Source of the DNA: an uncultured Gemmatimonadales bacterium
Lineage (GTDB): Bacteria > Gemmatimonadota > Gemmatimonadetes > Longimicrobiales > RSA9
Reading direction: 5' to 3'
NCBI GenBank assembly: GCA_963708135.1
Contig: OY970192.1
Coordinates: 1,024,001 to 1,088,000 of the forward strand
Length of the DNA stretch: 64,000 bases
Notes under the pieces: generated by a model
What the model was told of the DNA's origin: nothing
The model's input: only the letters and a program-made list of their open reading frames with translations
The model's database searches: none
Program-made: the position numbers and the translations under genes
Part shown: in pieces, positions 10,870 to 21,112 of the stretch
How positions within the stretch are numbered: the first letter of the stretch is position 1
Layout of the letters: every line of letters begins with the position of its first letter

Positions 10870-12110
10870 CGGTGATCCGGCGCGCCCGGTCGCTGCTGGG
10901 CGACCCGGTTCTCGCCATCACGATCTTCGCGCTCACGGTCTTCGGGATCGCGATGATCTACTCCGCGGGGCAGCTCGACGTGCCGGACCCGCTCGTCCGG
11001 CGGCTCTGGAAGATGCAGATCCTGTGGTGGGGGATCTCGCTGGTGGCGCTCTTCGTCGTGATGCGGATCCAGGTGCGCTGGTTCGAGTGGGCGGCGGTGC
11101 CGGCGTACGTGCTGTCGATTCTCGCGCTCGTCGCTACGCTGGTCATCGGCATCGGGCTCGGCACCGCCAAGGGGACGAAGCAGTGGATCTCGCTCGGCCC
11201 CGTCGCCATCCAGCCGGCGCAGTTCGCGGACCTGGCGACCATCCTCATGCTCGGCCGCGTGATCGGCAGCTGGCGCGAGCCGCCGGGCTCACTCTTCGCG
11301 CTGTGGAGGCCGGTCGCGGTGGCCGCCGTGCCGCTCCTGCTGGTGCTGGCGCAGCCGGATCTCGGGACCGCGATGGTGTTCGGGGCGATCCTCGTGGCGA
11401 CGCTGTACTGGGGCGGCACGCCGCTGGGACTCATGTTCCTGCTGCTGTCCCCGCTGTTCGGGCTGTTCCTGGCGTTCCAGGGCTGGCTGTTCAGCGTCTA
11501 CATGGTGGCGCTGATCGCCTTCCTCTACTTCTACCGCACCTACCTGCTGGAGGGCGCGCTCATCGTGGGCGCCAACCTGGCGGCGGGGACGGTGGCGGTG
11601 CCGCTCTGGAATCACCTGAAGCCGTACCAGAAGAACCGCCTGCTGGTGTTCCTGGACCCGAGCATCGATCCGCGCGGCTCGGGCTATCACGTGATCCAGT
11701 CGCGTGTGGCGATCGGGAGCGGCGGACTGCTGGGCAAGGGCTTCACGATGGGGACGCAGAAACGGCTCGCGTTCCTGCCGGAGCAGCAGACGGACTTCAT
11801 CTTCAGCGTGATCGGCGAGGAGTTCGGCTTCATCGGGACGATGGCGGTGCTGATCGCCTTCGGGGTCGTGCTGTGGCGCCTGGCGCGCGTCTCCGAGCGG
11901 GTGGCCGACCCCTTTGCCGGGATCGTGGTGTTCGGTATCTTCGGGGCCTGGTTCGCACATGTCGTGGTGAACATCGGGATGACGGTCGGCGTGATGCCGA
12001 TCACCGGCATCCCGTTGCCGTTCCTCAGCTACGGCGGCTCTTTCCTGCTGGCCACCTACATTGGCCTGGGGCTGGCGGAGCGGGTGTCGGCGGAACAGGG
12101 GAAGATCTGA
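10866..12110 (+). CDS. rodA: Rod shape-determining protein RodA (SEDS glycosyltransferase)
   Basis: QPDLGTA, GYHVIQSRVAIGSGG, LPEQQTDFIF, PITGIPLPFLSYGGS; ATGA overlap with mrdA. Confidence 0.96.
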   Translation: MTVIRRARSLLGDPVLAITIFALTVFGIAMIYSAGQLDVPDPLVRRLWKMQILWWGISLVALFVVMRIQVRWFEWAAVPAYVLSILALVATLVIGIGLGTAKGTKQWISLGPVAIQPAQFADLATILMLGRVIGSWREPPGSLFALWRPVAVAAVPLLLVLAQPDLGTAMVFGAILVATLYWGGTPLGLMFLLLSPLFGLFLAFQGWLFSVYMVALIAFLYFYRTYLLEGALIVGANLAAGTVAVPLWNHLKPYQKNRLLVFLDPSIDPRGSGYHVIQSRVAIGSGGLLGKGFTMGTQKRLAFLPEQQTDFIFSVIGEEFGFIGTMAVLIAFGVVLWRLARVSERVADPFAGIVVFGIFGAWFAHVVVNIGMTVGVMPITGIPLPFLSYGGSFLLATYIGLGLAERVSAEQGKI

Positions 12111-12114
12111 AGCG

Positions 12115-13089
12115 ATGACGTGGTTCCGGAAGCCCAAGCAGAAGCTGCGTGCCACGGACCGGCGGGACCTGCCAACGGACGTGTTCGACAAGTGTCCGGA
12201 TTGCGGGGAGATCGTGTACCGGGCGCGGCTGGAACAGAACCTGGGCGTGTGCCCGAGCTGCGGTCATCACTCCCGTATCGACGCGGAGCAGTACGTCGCG
12301 CTGCTGCTCGACGCCGACGGCATCGAGGAGCTGGATGCGGATCTGCGCAGCGGGGACCCGATCGGGTTCGTGGACCTGAAGCCGTACACGGAGCGCCTGA
12401 GCGCGGCGGAGCGGAACACGGGCCACGGTGACGCGATCCTCACGGCCGTGGGGGCGCTGGAGGAGATCCCCGTCTGCCTCGGCGTGATGGACTTTGCCTT
12501 CATCGGCGGCAGCATGGGGTCGGTGGTGGGCGAGAAGCTGGCGCGGGCGGGGCGGCGTGCGCTGGAGGACCGGCGGCCGCTGATCGTGGTCTCCGCGTCC
12601 GGCGGCGCCCGCATGATGGAGGGGATCCTCTCGCTCATGCAGATGGCCAAGACCTCCGCGGTGCTCGCGCAGCTGCACGAGGCCGGGCTGCCGTACGTTT
12701 CGGTGCTGACGAATCCGACGACCGGAGGCGTCACCGCCTCGTATGGAATGCTCGGGGATCTGAACCTGGCCGAGCCGGGGGCGCTCATCGGCTTCGCCGG
12801 CCCGCGCGTGATCGAGCAGACGATCAAGCAGGAGCTGCCGGCGGGGTTCCAGCGATCCGAGTTCCTGCTCGAGCACGGCATGCTCGACCGGATCGTGGAT
12901 CGGCGCGGGATGAAGCACGAGATCGGCTCGCTGCTGCGCCACATGCTGGGGCTGCCGGAGCGTCCGGCGGCGCAGTTCGAGAACGGCGCCGCCGCGCGTC
13001 CGGGGGAGGCAGCGGGCGTCCGTCCGCCGCCGCCGGGACGCGAGGATGGCCGGGCCGCGGGAGGCCGGAAGGGGCGCGCCTCGAGTTGA
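12115..13089 (+). CDS. accD: Acetyl-CoA carboxylase carboxyltransferase beta subunit
   Basis: CPDC..CPSC zinc finger, FIGGSMGSVVGEK, SGGARMMEG, PTTGGVTAS, GFAGPRVIEQT. Confidence 0.97.
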   Translation: MTWFRKPKQKLRATDRRDLPTDVFDKCPDCGEIVYRARLEQNLGVCPSCGHHSRIDAEQYVALLLDADGIEELDADLRSGDPIGFVDLKPYTERLSAAERNTGHGDAILTAVGALEEIPVCLGVMDFAFIGGSMGSVVGEKLARAGRRALEDRRPLIVVSASGGARMMEGILSLMQMAKTSAVLAQLHEAGLPYVSVLTNPTTGGVTASYGMLGDLNLAEPGALIGFAGPRVIEQTIKQELPAGFQRSEFLLEHGMLDRIVDRRGMKHEIGSLLRHMLGLPERPAAQFENGAAARPGEAAGVRPPPPGREDGRAAGGRKGRASS

Positions 13090-14414
13090 GTCCCGCCACA
13101 TACCAGGATCTGATCCGCGAGCTGTTCCCCCGCCTCACCGGCGGGATCCGCTGGGGCCTCGAGCGGACGGAGCGGCTCCTCGCCAGCGTGGGGGATCCTC
13201 ACCGCGCCTTTCGCACCATCCACGTCGGCGGCACGAACGGGAAGGGCTCGGTTTCGGCCACGATCGCGGCGGTGCTGCGGCGCTGCGACGGGGGGCCGAT
13301 CGGCCTCTACACCTCGCCGCACCTGTGCACGTTCCGGGAAAGAATCCAGATCGAGGGGGAGCCGGTGTCCGAGGCCGCGCTGCTGTCTGCGGCGACCCGG
13401 CTGTGGCCTGCCGTCGAGGCGGAGCGGCCGTCGTTCTTCGAGGCGACGACGGCCCTCGCCTTCCTCGTGCTGGCGGAGGCCGGGGTGTCCGCCGCGGTGG
13501 TCGAGGTGGGGCTGGGCGGGCGGCTGGATGCGACGAACGTGATCGCGCCGGCGGTCGTGGCGCTGACCAACGTCGCCATGGACCACGCGCAGTACCTCGG
13601 CGAGACGCCGCTCGCGGTGGCGGGCGAGAAAGCGGGGATCATCAAGCCCGGCGTTCCCGTCGTCACCGCGGAGCCGCCCGGGCCGGTGCGCGCGCTGTTC
13701 CAGGCGCGGGCGGCACAGCTCGGCGCGCCCTTCGAGGCGGTGGAGCGGGAGTCGCTGAGGGAGGTGGTCGTGACGGAGCAAGGCACGCGGTTCCAGGTGG
13801 AGACCTCCGCCTGGGGGCCTCTTTCCCTCGCTACGCCGCTGGCGGGGGAACACCAGGCCATGAACGCCGCGCTCGCCGTGCGCGCGCTCGAGCGCCTGCC
13901 GGAGCCGCTGCGTCCCCGCCGGGACGCAGTACTGGCGGGCGTCCCCGACGTCTACTGGCCGGGCCGGCTCCAGGTCGAGATCATCGAGGGACGCCACTGG
14001 GTCTTCGACGTGGCCCACAACACCGCCGGCGTGCAGGCCCTGGTCTCGACGCTGGACGCGCTCGCGCCGCCGCGGCCGCTCGTGCTGGTCGTCGGCATCC
14101 TGGGCGACAAGGAGTGGGGCAGCATGCTGCCGCCGCTCTTCGCCGCCGCCGACCACGTGGTGCTGACGGATCCGCCCAGCGCCCCGGCGGAGCGGCGCTG
14201 GGATGCCGCGGCAGCGCTCGCCGCCGTGGCCGCGCCGGCGGCCGAGGTGGTGCCGGATTTCGCCTCCGCGCTCGCCCGGGCCCGCGGCCGCGCGGGCACG
14301 GGAAGCGTGCTGGTGACCGGCTCCTTCCATACCGTCGGAGACGCGCTGGCGCTGCTCGGCCGCGCGCCCTACGGCTCCGACCTGCCCTTGCTGCGCCCCG
14401 CGAGCGGCGCCTAG
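13086..14414 (+). CDS. folC: Folylpolyglutamate synthase/dihydrofolate synthase
   Basis: HVGGTNGKGS, YTSPHL, EVGLGGRLDATN, EKAGIIK, DVAHN; accD-folC synteny. Confidence 0.96.
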   Translation: MSPATYQDLIRELFPRLTGGIRWGLERTERLLASVGDPHRAFRTIHVGGTNGKGSVSATIAAVLRRCDGGPIGLYTSPHLCTFRERIQIEGEPVSEAALLSAATRLWPAVEAERPSFFEATTALAFLVLAEAGVSAAVVEVGLGGRLDATNVIAPAVVALTNVAMDHAQYLGETPLAVAGEKAGIIKPGVPVVTAEPPGPVRALFQARAAQLGAPFEAVERESLREVVVTEQGTRFQVETSAWGPLSLATPLAGEHQAMNAALAVRALERLPEPLRPRRDAVLAGVPDVYWPGRLQVEIIEGRHWVFDVAHNTAGVQALVSTLDALAPPRPLVLVVGILGDKEWGSMLPPLFAAADHVVLTDPPSAPAERRWDAAAALAAVAAPAAEVVPDFASALARARGRAGTGSVLVTGSFHTVGDALALLGRAPYGSDLPLLRPASGA

Positions 14415-14425
14415 ATTCGCCGGCC

Positions 14426-15724
14426 ATGGCGGCAGTCCAGAGTCTCCCCGGTTTTCGCGACTTCTATCCCCGGGACTTCGCGGCGCGCGCGCGCATCATG
14501 GGCTCGTGGCGCGAGGCGGCCCGGCGCTTCGGCTTCGAGGAATACGACGGGCCGCCGCTGGAGCCGCTCGAGCTCTACGTCGAGAAGAGCGGCGAGGAGA
14601 TCGTGCGCCAGCTCTACAACTTCGAGGACAAGGGGGGGCGGCAGGTGTCGCTCCGGCCCGAGATGACGCCCTCGCTGGCGCGCATGGTGGCGGCGCGGGC
14701 GGGTGAGCTGCGCAAGCCGATCCGGTGGTCGTCCATGCCGCAGCTGTTCCGCTACGAGCGGACGCAGCGCGGGCGGCTGCGCGAGCACTTCCAGTGGAAC
14801 GTGGACATCATCGGCGAAGAGGATGTCTCGGCGGACGCCGAGGTGCTCGCCGTCGGGCTGACGGCGCTTCGCCTGCTCGGGCTCGGCGCCGAGGACGTGG
14901 TGGCGCGCGTGAGCGACCGGCGGCTCCTCGAGCTGCTGCTTCTCGACGCCAGCGTGCCCGCGGACCAGCTTCCCGCCGCGTACGCGGTGATCGACAAGCT
15001 CGGCCGCGAGAGCGACGCCGTGCTCCGGCGGCGCCTGGAGCAGGAGGCTGGGTTGGGCCCGGGGACGATCGAAGCGGTGTACGCCATCTTCGGCCACCGC
15101 GACTTCGACGCGCTCGCGGCCGCCTATGCCGGCGTGAACGATGTCGGCGTGGAGCTGGAGCGCCTGCGCCGCTACTTCGGCGCGCTGGAGGAGCTCGGGC
15201 TCGGGGATTTCGTGGTGTTCGACCCGACCATCGTGCGGGGTCTCGCCTATTACACGGGGATCGTCTTCGAGATCTTCGACCGGAAGGGCGAGCTGCGTGC
15301 GGTCTGCGGCGGTGGCCGCTACGACGACCTGCTCGAGGCCGTCGGCGGGGTGCCGCTCCCGGCGCTCGGGTTCGGCATGGGCGACGTCGTGCTGCGGGAG
15401 CTGCTCGAGGAGCGCGGCCTGCTGCCCGACCTGGAGCAGAACGTGGACTACTACCTCGTCGCGGTGGGCGAGGAGGAGCGGCCCGTGCTGCGGCGGATCG
15501 CACGCGCGCTCCGCGAGGCCGGGCATTCCGTGCTGTACGCGCTGCGCGGCGGCGGGGTACGATCGCAGTTCAAGGACGCGAACGCCCGCGGCGCCCGCCG
15601 CGTCATCGTGGTGGGGCCGGACGAGGTGGCGGCGGGCGCGGTGGTGGTGCGGGAGATGGGGAGTGGCGAGGAGCGGCGTGTGGGAATCGAGCGGCTTCTC
15701 GAGCGTGGGGATGCCGGGGAGTAG
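14426..15724 (+). CDS. hisS: Histidine--tRNA ligase
   Basis: GFRDFYP, LRPEMTPS, FRYERTQRGRLREH, VRGLAYYTG, GGGRYDDL. Confidence 0.97.
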   Translation: MAAVQSLPGFRDFYPRDFAARARIMGSWREAARRFGFEEYDGPPLEPLELYVEKSGEEIVRQLYNFEDKGGRQVSLRPEMTPSLARMVAARAGELRKPIRWSSMPQLFRYERTQRGRLREHFQWNVDIIGEEDVSADAEVLAVGLTALRLLGLGAEDVVARVSDRRLLELLLLDASVPADQLPAAYAVIDKLGRESDAVLRRRLEQEAGLGPGTIEAVYAIFGHRDFDALAAAYAGVNDVGVELERLRRYFGALEELGLGDFVVFDPTIVRGLAYYTGIVFEIFDRKGELRAVCGGGRYDDLLEAVGGVPLPALGFGMGDVVLRELLEERGLLPDLEQNVDYYLVAVGEEERPVLRRIARALREAGHSVLYALRGGGVRSQFKDANARGARRVIVVGPDEVAAGAVVVREMGSGEERRVGIERLLERGDAGE

Positions 15725-15770
15725 AACGGTTCCTGGTACCTCGTTCAGGGTTTGGAAAGGTCAGCTACCA

Positions 15771-17273
15771 TTGGCGGACGATCAGGCATTGACGCCCAGG
15801 GCTGAGGACTTCAGCGCCTGGTACAACGAGGTGGTGCAGCGGGCCGAGCTGGCGGACTACTCGCCGGTGCGCGGCAGCATGGTGATCCGGCCGTACGGCT
15901 ACGGGATCTGGGAGAACATGCAGCGCACCCTGGACGGGATGTTCAAGGCGACGGGGCACCAGAACGCGTACTTCCCGCTGTTCATTCCGCAGAGCTTCAT
16001 CGCGCGCGAGGCGGCGCACATCGAGGGGTTCGCCAAGGAGATGGCGGTGGTGACGCACACCCGTCTGATAGCGGACGGGAAGGGTGGCCTGGTGCCGGAT
16101 CCGGCGTCGAAGCTGGAGGAGCCGCTGATCGTGCGGCCCACGTCGGAGACGATCATCTACGCCATGTTCGCGAAGTGGGTGCAGAGCTACCGGGACCTGC
16201 CGCTGCTGATCAACCAGTGGGCGAACGTGGTGCGCTGGGAGATGCGGACGCGGCTGTTCCTGCGCACGCTCGAGTTCCTGTGGCAGGAGGGGCACACGGC
16301 GCACGCAACGGAGGCGGAGGCGGAGGAGGAGGCGATCCGCATGCTCGGCGTATACCGGGACTTCATGGAAGGCTCCATGGCGATGCCGCCGATCACGGGG
16401 CGCAAGACGGAGTCGGAGAAGTTCCCGGGCGCGGTGCGTACCTACGCGTGCGAGGCGCTCATGCAGGACAACCGAGGGCTGCAGGCGGGCACGTCGCACA
16501 TGCTCGGGCAGAACTTCGCTCGACAGTTCGACCTGAAGTTCCAGACGGAGGCGGGTGGCGAGGACTACGCGTACAACACTTCCTGGGGCGTCTCGACGCG
16601 GCTGGTAGGCGCGCTGGTCATGACGCACGGGGATGACCTGGGGCTGGTGTTGCCGCCGGAGCTCGCGCCGATCCAGGTGGTGGTCGTGCCGATCTATCGG
16701 AAGGACGAGGAGCGTGCCCTCGTGCTGGAGAAGGCCGAGTACGTGGCGACCGCGCTCCGGGCGGAGCAGGTCCGGGTGCACGTGGACGCGCGGGATACCA
16801 TGAAGCCGGGCGCCAAGTACTTCGAATGGGAGCGGCGCGGCGTGCCGCTCCGGATCGAGATCGGGCCGCGCGACGTGGCGGCCGGCAAGCTCATGCTGGT
16901 GAGGCGCGTGGAGACGCCGGGGCTGGCGAGGAAGGAAGCGGTCGAGGAATCGGCCGCGCTGCGCGGCATCCCGAAGCTTCTGGTCGACCTCCAGGGCGCG
17001 CTGCTGGAGGCGGCGCGGCGGCGGCGCGAGGAGAATTCGCATCGGGGCGTGGCCGACTACGAGCGGTTCAGGGAGATCGTCGAGGGCGCGGGCGGCTTCG
17101 TGTACGCCGGCTGGTGCGGCGCGGCGGCGTGCGAGGCGCGGGTGAAGGAGGAGACGAAGGCGACGATCCGCTGCCTTCCCTCCGAGGAGTTCCGCACGCC
17201 CGAGGCTCCCACCCGCTGCCTGGTGTGCGGCGGCGCGGCCGTGGAGGAGGCGGTTTGGGCGAGAGCGTACTGA
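15771..17273 (+). CDS. proS: Proline--tRNA ligase (archaeal/eukaryotic-type, no editing insertion)
   Basis: DFSAWY, VRPTSET, QWANVVRWE, RTLEFLWQEGHTAH, QAGTSH, SWGVSTR, C-terminal WARAY; TTG start inferred. Confidence 0.96.
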   Translation: MADDQALTPRAEDFSAWYNEVVQRAELADYSPVRGSMVIRPYGYGIWENMQRTLDGMFKATGHQNAYFPLFIPQSFIAREAAHIEGFAKEMAVVTHTRLIADGKGGLVPDPASKLEEPLIVRPTSETIIYAMFAKWVQSYRDLPLLINQWANVVRWEMRTRLFLRTLEFLWQEGHTAHATEAEAEEEAIRMLGVYRDFMEGSMAMPPITGRKTESEKFPGAVRTYACEALMQDNRGLQAGTSHMLGQNFARQFDLKFQTEAGGEDYAYNTSWGVSTRLVGALVMTHGDDLGLVLPPELAPIQVVVVPIYRKDEERALVLEKAEYVATALRAEQVRVHVDARDTMKPGAKYFEWERRGVPLRIEIGPRDVAAGKLMLVRRVETPGLARKEAVEESAALRGIPKLLVDLQGALLEAARRRREENSHRGVADYERFREIVEGAGGFVYAGWCGAAACEARVKEETKATIRCLPSEEFRTPEAPTRCLVCGGAAVEEAVWARAY

Positions 17274-18547
17274 TGGCGGCCCCATCCACGGACTTCCACT
17301 ACGAGGACGGGAAGCTCCGCTGCGAACGCGTCGGCATCGAGGAGCTGGTCGGGGCGCTGGGCACCCCGCTCTACGTCTACAGCCGCCGCGGCATCGTGGA
17401 GCGGCTCCACGAGTTCCGCTCAGCGTTCTCGCCGCTCGATCCGCTGATCGCGTACTCCGTCAAGGCGAACGGCAACCTGTCGCTCCTGCGCCTGCTGGGG
17501 CAGGAGGGCGCGGGGGCGGACATCGTGAGCGGCGGCGAGCTGTTCCGCGCACGCACCGCGGGGATCGCGCCGGAGCGCATCGTCTTCAGCGGGGTCGGCA
17601 AGACGGTGACGGAGCTCGCGGCCGCGCTCGAAGCGGGGATTTACGGCTTCAACGTGGAGAGCGAGGGGGAGCTTCGCGAACTGGCGAGCCTGGGGGAAAC
17701 AATGGGGGTGCGTGCGCCCGTCGCCCTGCGGGTGAACCCGGACATAGAGTCGCCGACGCCGCACGCCTATACGCGCACGGGCCACCGGGCCACCAAGTTC
17801 GGGATCCCGACGGAGGACGCGCTGCGGCTGTACCGGGCGGCGGCCCAGCTGCCGGGCATCCTGCTGCGCGGGATCGACGTGCACATCGGCAGCCAGATCG
17901 TGGAGGTCGATCCTTACCGCCGCGCGCTGGAGCACGTGCTGGCGCTGGTGGACGAGCTCCGGCGGGACGGGATCGAGCTGGAGTACGTCGACCTCGGCGG
18001 CGGCTTCGGCGTGCCGTACGAAGGGGAGACGGGCACGTCGGCGCGCGCGTTCGGGGAGGTCCTCGGTCCCCTCGTGGAGGAGAGCGGGCTGCGGCTCGTG
18101 CTGGAGCCCGGCCGCTACATCGTCGCGCCGGCAGGGGCGCTGCTCACGCGGGTGCTGTACCTGAAGGAGATGGGCGGCAAGACGTTCGTCATCACGGACG
18201 CGGGGATGAACGACCTGCTTCGCCCTAGCCACTACGCGAGCTACCACCGGGTTTCCCCGGTGGAGCTGCACCCGGCACGGGAGGAGGCCGTGGTGGACGT
18301 GGTGGGGCCGATCTGCGAGAGCGGCGATTTCCTGGCGCTGGACCGGCGCCTGGAGCGGCCCTGCGAGGGCGAGCTGCTGGCCGTGGGCACGACGGGCGCA
18401 TACGGGTTCTCCATGGCCTCGACTTACAACGCGCGGCTGCGGCCCGCCGAGGTGCTGGTGGACGGCGACAGCTATCGCGTGATCCGGCGCAGGGAGAGCT
18501 ACGAGGACCTGGTGCGGGGCGAGATCGAGGCGCTGGCCGGCCGCTGA
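17273..18547 (+). CDS. lysA: Diaminopimelate decarboxylase
   Basis: YSVKAN (PLP Lys), [29 protein letters not shown]. Confidence 0.97.
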   Translation: MAAPSTDFHYEDGKLRCERVGIEELVGALGTPLYVYSRRGIVERLHEFRSAFSPLDPLIAYSVKANGNLSLLRLLGQEGAGADIVSGGELFRARTAGIAPERIVFSGVGKTVTELAAALEAGIYGFNVESEGELRELASLGETMGVRAPVALRVNPDIESPTPHAYTRTGHRATKFGIPTEDALRLYRAAAQLPGILLRGIDVHIGSQIVEVDPYRRALEHVLALVDELRRDGIELEYVDLGGGFGVPYEGETGTSARAFGEVLGPLVEESGLRLVLEPGRYIVAPAGALLTRVLYLKEMGGKTFVITDAGMNDLLRPSHYASYHRVSPVELHPAREEAVVDVVGPICESGDFLALDRRLERPCEGELLAVGTTGAYGFSMASTYNARLRPAEVLVDGDSYRVIRRRESYEDLVRGEIEALAGR

Positions 18548-18572
18548 CACGCAACCCGAATCCCGGAACCCG

Positions 18573-20117
18573 ATGGACGCGAACCGAATCCTGATCCTCG
18601 ACTACGGCTCGCAGTTTACGCAGCTCATTGCGCGCCGCATCCGCGAGGAGCGCGTCTACTGCGAGATCCAACCGCCGACCGTGTCGCTCGACTGGGTCCG
18701 CGCCTGGGCGCCGCGTGGGGTGATCCTGTCGGGCGGGCCGTCATCGGTCTACGAGGCGGACGTGCCGACGGCGGACCCCGGGCTGTTGCGCCTGGGCGTG
18801 CCGATCCTCGGCATCTGCTACGGCATGCAGCTGGTGGCGCAGCTGGAGGGAGGCCGCGTGCTGCACGGGAAACGGGAGTACGGCCGCGCGGAGATCGAGG
18901 TGCTGGACGGCTGCCCCCTCTTCGACGGCTTCGAGGTGGGCGAGCGCGCGACCGTATGGGCGAGCCACGGCGACCATGTGGACGACCCGCCCCCCGGCTA
19001 CCGCACGGTGGCCTCGTCGGGAACCCTGCCGGTGGCGGCGTTTGAGAGCGAGGGCCGCGCGATCTACGGAGTGCAGTTCCACCCGGAGGTCGCGCACACG
19101 CCGCGGGGCGCGGAGATCATCTCCAACTTCGTCTTCCGGATCTGCGGCTGCGAGCCGACCTGGACGGCCGGGTCTTTCATCGACGAGGCCGTCGGGAGGA
19201 TCCGCGCCCGCATCGGGGACGCGCAGGTGGTGTGCGGGCTCTCCGGCGGCGTCGATTCCTCCGTGGCGGCCGCGCTGGTGCACCGCGCGGTGGGCGACCA
19301 GCTGACGAACATCTTCGTGGACACGGGGCTGCTCCGGAAAGGCGAGCGCGAGAGCGTCGAGCGGGCCTTCCGGCAGCACATGGGAATGCGCCTGATCGTG
19401 GTGGACGCCGCCAGCGAGTTCCTCCGGCGCCTGGAGGGCGTCGAGGACCCGGAGGAGAAGCGGCGCCGGATCGGCGAGGTGTTCATCCGCATCTTCGAGC
19501 GCACCGCGGAGCAGGTGGGCGGCGGTGCCAGGTTTCTCGTGCAGGGGACGCTGTACCCGGACGTGATCGAGTCCCAGTCGGTGCGCGGACCGTCGGCGAC
19601 GATCAAGACGCACCACAACGTCGGCGGGCTGCCCCCGGAGATGCGCTTCTCCCTGGTCGAGCCGCTGCGGGAGCTCTTCAAGGACGAGGTGCGGCAGGTG
19701 GGGCGGGAGCTCGGGCTGCCGGAGGAGCTCGTAGGGCGGCACCCTTTCCCGGGGCCGGGCCTGGCGATCCGCGTGCTGGGGGAGGTGCGCGAGGAGGGGC
19801 TGGCGGTGCTTCGGGAGGCCGACGCCATCTACCTGGAGGAGATCCGCGCCGCGGAGCTCTACGACGATATCTGGCAGGCCTTCGCCGTGCTGCTGCCGGT
19901 GCGCAGCGTAGGCGTCATGGGAGACGCCCGCACGTACGAGCACGTCGTGGCGCTGCGGGCGGTCACCAGCCGCGATGGCATGACCGCGGACTGGTACCCG
20001 TTCCCTCATGACGTGCTGGGACGCATCTCGTCCCGCATCATCAACGAAGTGGCCGGGGTGAACCGCGTCTGCTACGACGTCAGCTCGAAACCGCCGGCCA
20101 CCATCGAGTGGGAGTAG
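18573..20117 (+). CDS. guaA: GMP synthase (glutamine-hydrolysing)
   Basis: [51 protein letters not shown]. Confidence 0.99.
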   Translation: MDANRILILDYGSQFTQLIARRIREERVYCEIQPPTVSLDWVRAWAPRGVILSGGPSSVYEADVPTADPGLLRLGVPILGICYGMQLVAQLEGGRVLHGKREYGRAEIEVLDGCPLFDGFEVGERATVWASHGDHVDDPPPGYRTVASSGTLPVAAFESEGRAIYGVQFHPEVAHTPRGAEIISNFVFRICGCEPTWTAGSFIDEAVGRIRARIGDAQVVCGLSGGVDSSVAAALVHRAVGDQLTNIFVDTGLLRKGERESVERAFRQHMGMRLIVVDAASEFLRRLEGVEDPEEKRRRIGEVFIRIFERTAEQVGGGARFLVQGTLYPDVIESQSVRGPSATIKTHHNVGGLPPEMRFSLVEPLRELFKDEVRQVGRELGLPEELVGRHPFPGPGLAIRVLGEVREEGLAVLREADAIYLEEIRAAELYDDIWQAFAVLLPVRSVGVMGDARTYEHVVALRAVTSRDGMTADWYPFPHDVLGRISSRIINEVAGVNRVCYDVSSKPPATIEWE

Positions 20118-20123
20118 CTGGGC

Positions 20124-20351
20124 TCAGGCGCTGCCGCCCTCCCGCTCCGCATCGATCTGCGCCACCCCCTCGGCCGTCAGGCGGCGCAGGTAGATCCCCG
20201 CATAGTTCTCATCGATCGCCGCCAGGCGGTTCTCCGGCGAGGCGGGATAGCGCATGTCGCAGCCGTCGCAGCGAATACAGCGGTCTTCACCCGTCCCGAC
20301 CAGCCGCCAGTTGCCGGTACATTCCTCGGATCTATGATCGAGCACGGCCAT
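20124..20351 (-). CDS. Small hypothetical protein, possible Zn-ribbon
   Basis: GGGGAGGA SD before TTG/ATG; H-x4-C and C-x2-C-x2-C ligand pattern. Confidence 0.6.
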   Translation of the reverse strand: MAVLDHRSEECTGNWRLVGTGEDRCIRCDGCDMRYPASPENRLAAIDENYAGIYLRRLTAEGVAQIDAEREGGSA

Positions 20352-20455
20352 CAAAGTCCTCCCCTGGTTGCCGGGGCGGAACGCCCACGCCCCACTCCCA
20401 CGCGTGCAAGCTCCACGCCATCCGCGGCGATGTGGGGCGGGCCGGTGCGGATGAG

Positions 20456-20926
20456 TCAGGCGCCGGTCGTGGCGGAAGCCGTGCCGCTGCGTGCGGGGGG
20501 CGCCGCGCCGCCTTTCGGCGCCACCGGCCGTGGCGCGGAGGATGGTGGCTCCGGCGCCGCGGCGGGTGCGCCGGATGGCGCCTGCGGAGACGGGGGCCGC
20601 CCCCTGAGGCGGGCCTCGATGGAGTCCCAGACGAGGGACATGTACTCGATATCCCCGCCGTGGACCCGGGCGAATTCGGCGAGCTCCGCAGAACTCACCC
20701 CTTCCTCCCGCAGCACGCTGTCGCGCGCCCCGCGGAAGGCCGTGGAATCGCGCGCCGGCCCCTCCACCTGGCGCAGCGCGACGACCGCGTCGATGAATCG
20801 CTCGCGGGAGATGGCGCTCTCGGTGTGACCGCCGAGCCGGATCCGGCCGCAGCCCGGCACGGAGAGGGTGAGCAGCGCCGCCGCCAGCGCCGCCCCGATT
20901 CCTGACATTCGCGACATTGCCGACAT
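20456..20926 (-). CDS. Hypothetical lipoprotein (helical, DUF4296-like pattern)
   Basis: Signal peptide ending [16 protein letters not shown]...WDSIEARL; Pro/Ala tail; promoter immediately upstream. Confidence 0.7.
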   Translation of the reverse strand: MSAMSRMSGIGAALAAALLTLSVPGCGRIRLGGHTESAISRERFIDAVVALRQVEGPARDSTAFRGARDSVLREEGVSSAELAEFARVHGGDIEYMSLVWDSIEARLRGRPPSPQAPSGAPAAAPEPPSSAPRPVAPKGGAAPPARSGTASATTGA

Positions 20927-20932
20927 TCGCGG

Positions 20933-20962
20933 AGGGTAGGCCTTGCCCCGGCGTGGTGTCAA
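20933..20962 (-). promoter_or_regulatory. Sigma70 promoter, probably leaderless transcript
   Basis: TTGACA(20962-20957)-N18-TACCCT(20938-20933); ATG 6 nt downstream. Confidence 0.6.
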
Positions 20963-21112
20963 GCAGGGCTCCGCGACGGGAGGTGCGGCGGCTGCCGATA
21001 TGACAGGGGGCGAAGGCATACGGCTTGCCCCGGGTGGGGGCGGGGGTCGGGGTACGGGGAGCGCGGATTCGGGTCCGGGCAGGGTGAGCGGGCTCGCGAG
21101 CGGAAAGAGATC

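Noticed and set aside
20963..21112. CIRCE or other heat-shock operator upstream of clpB
   Set aside because: No TTAGCACTC-N9-GAGTGCTAA or comparable inverted repeat is visible.
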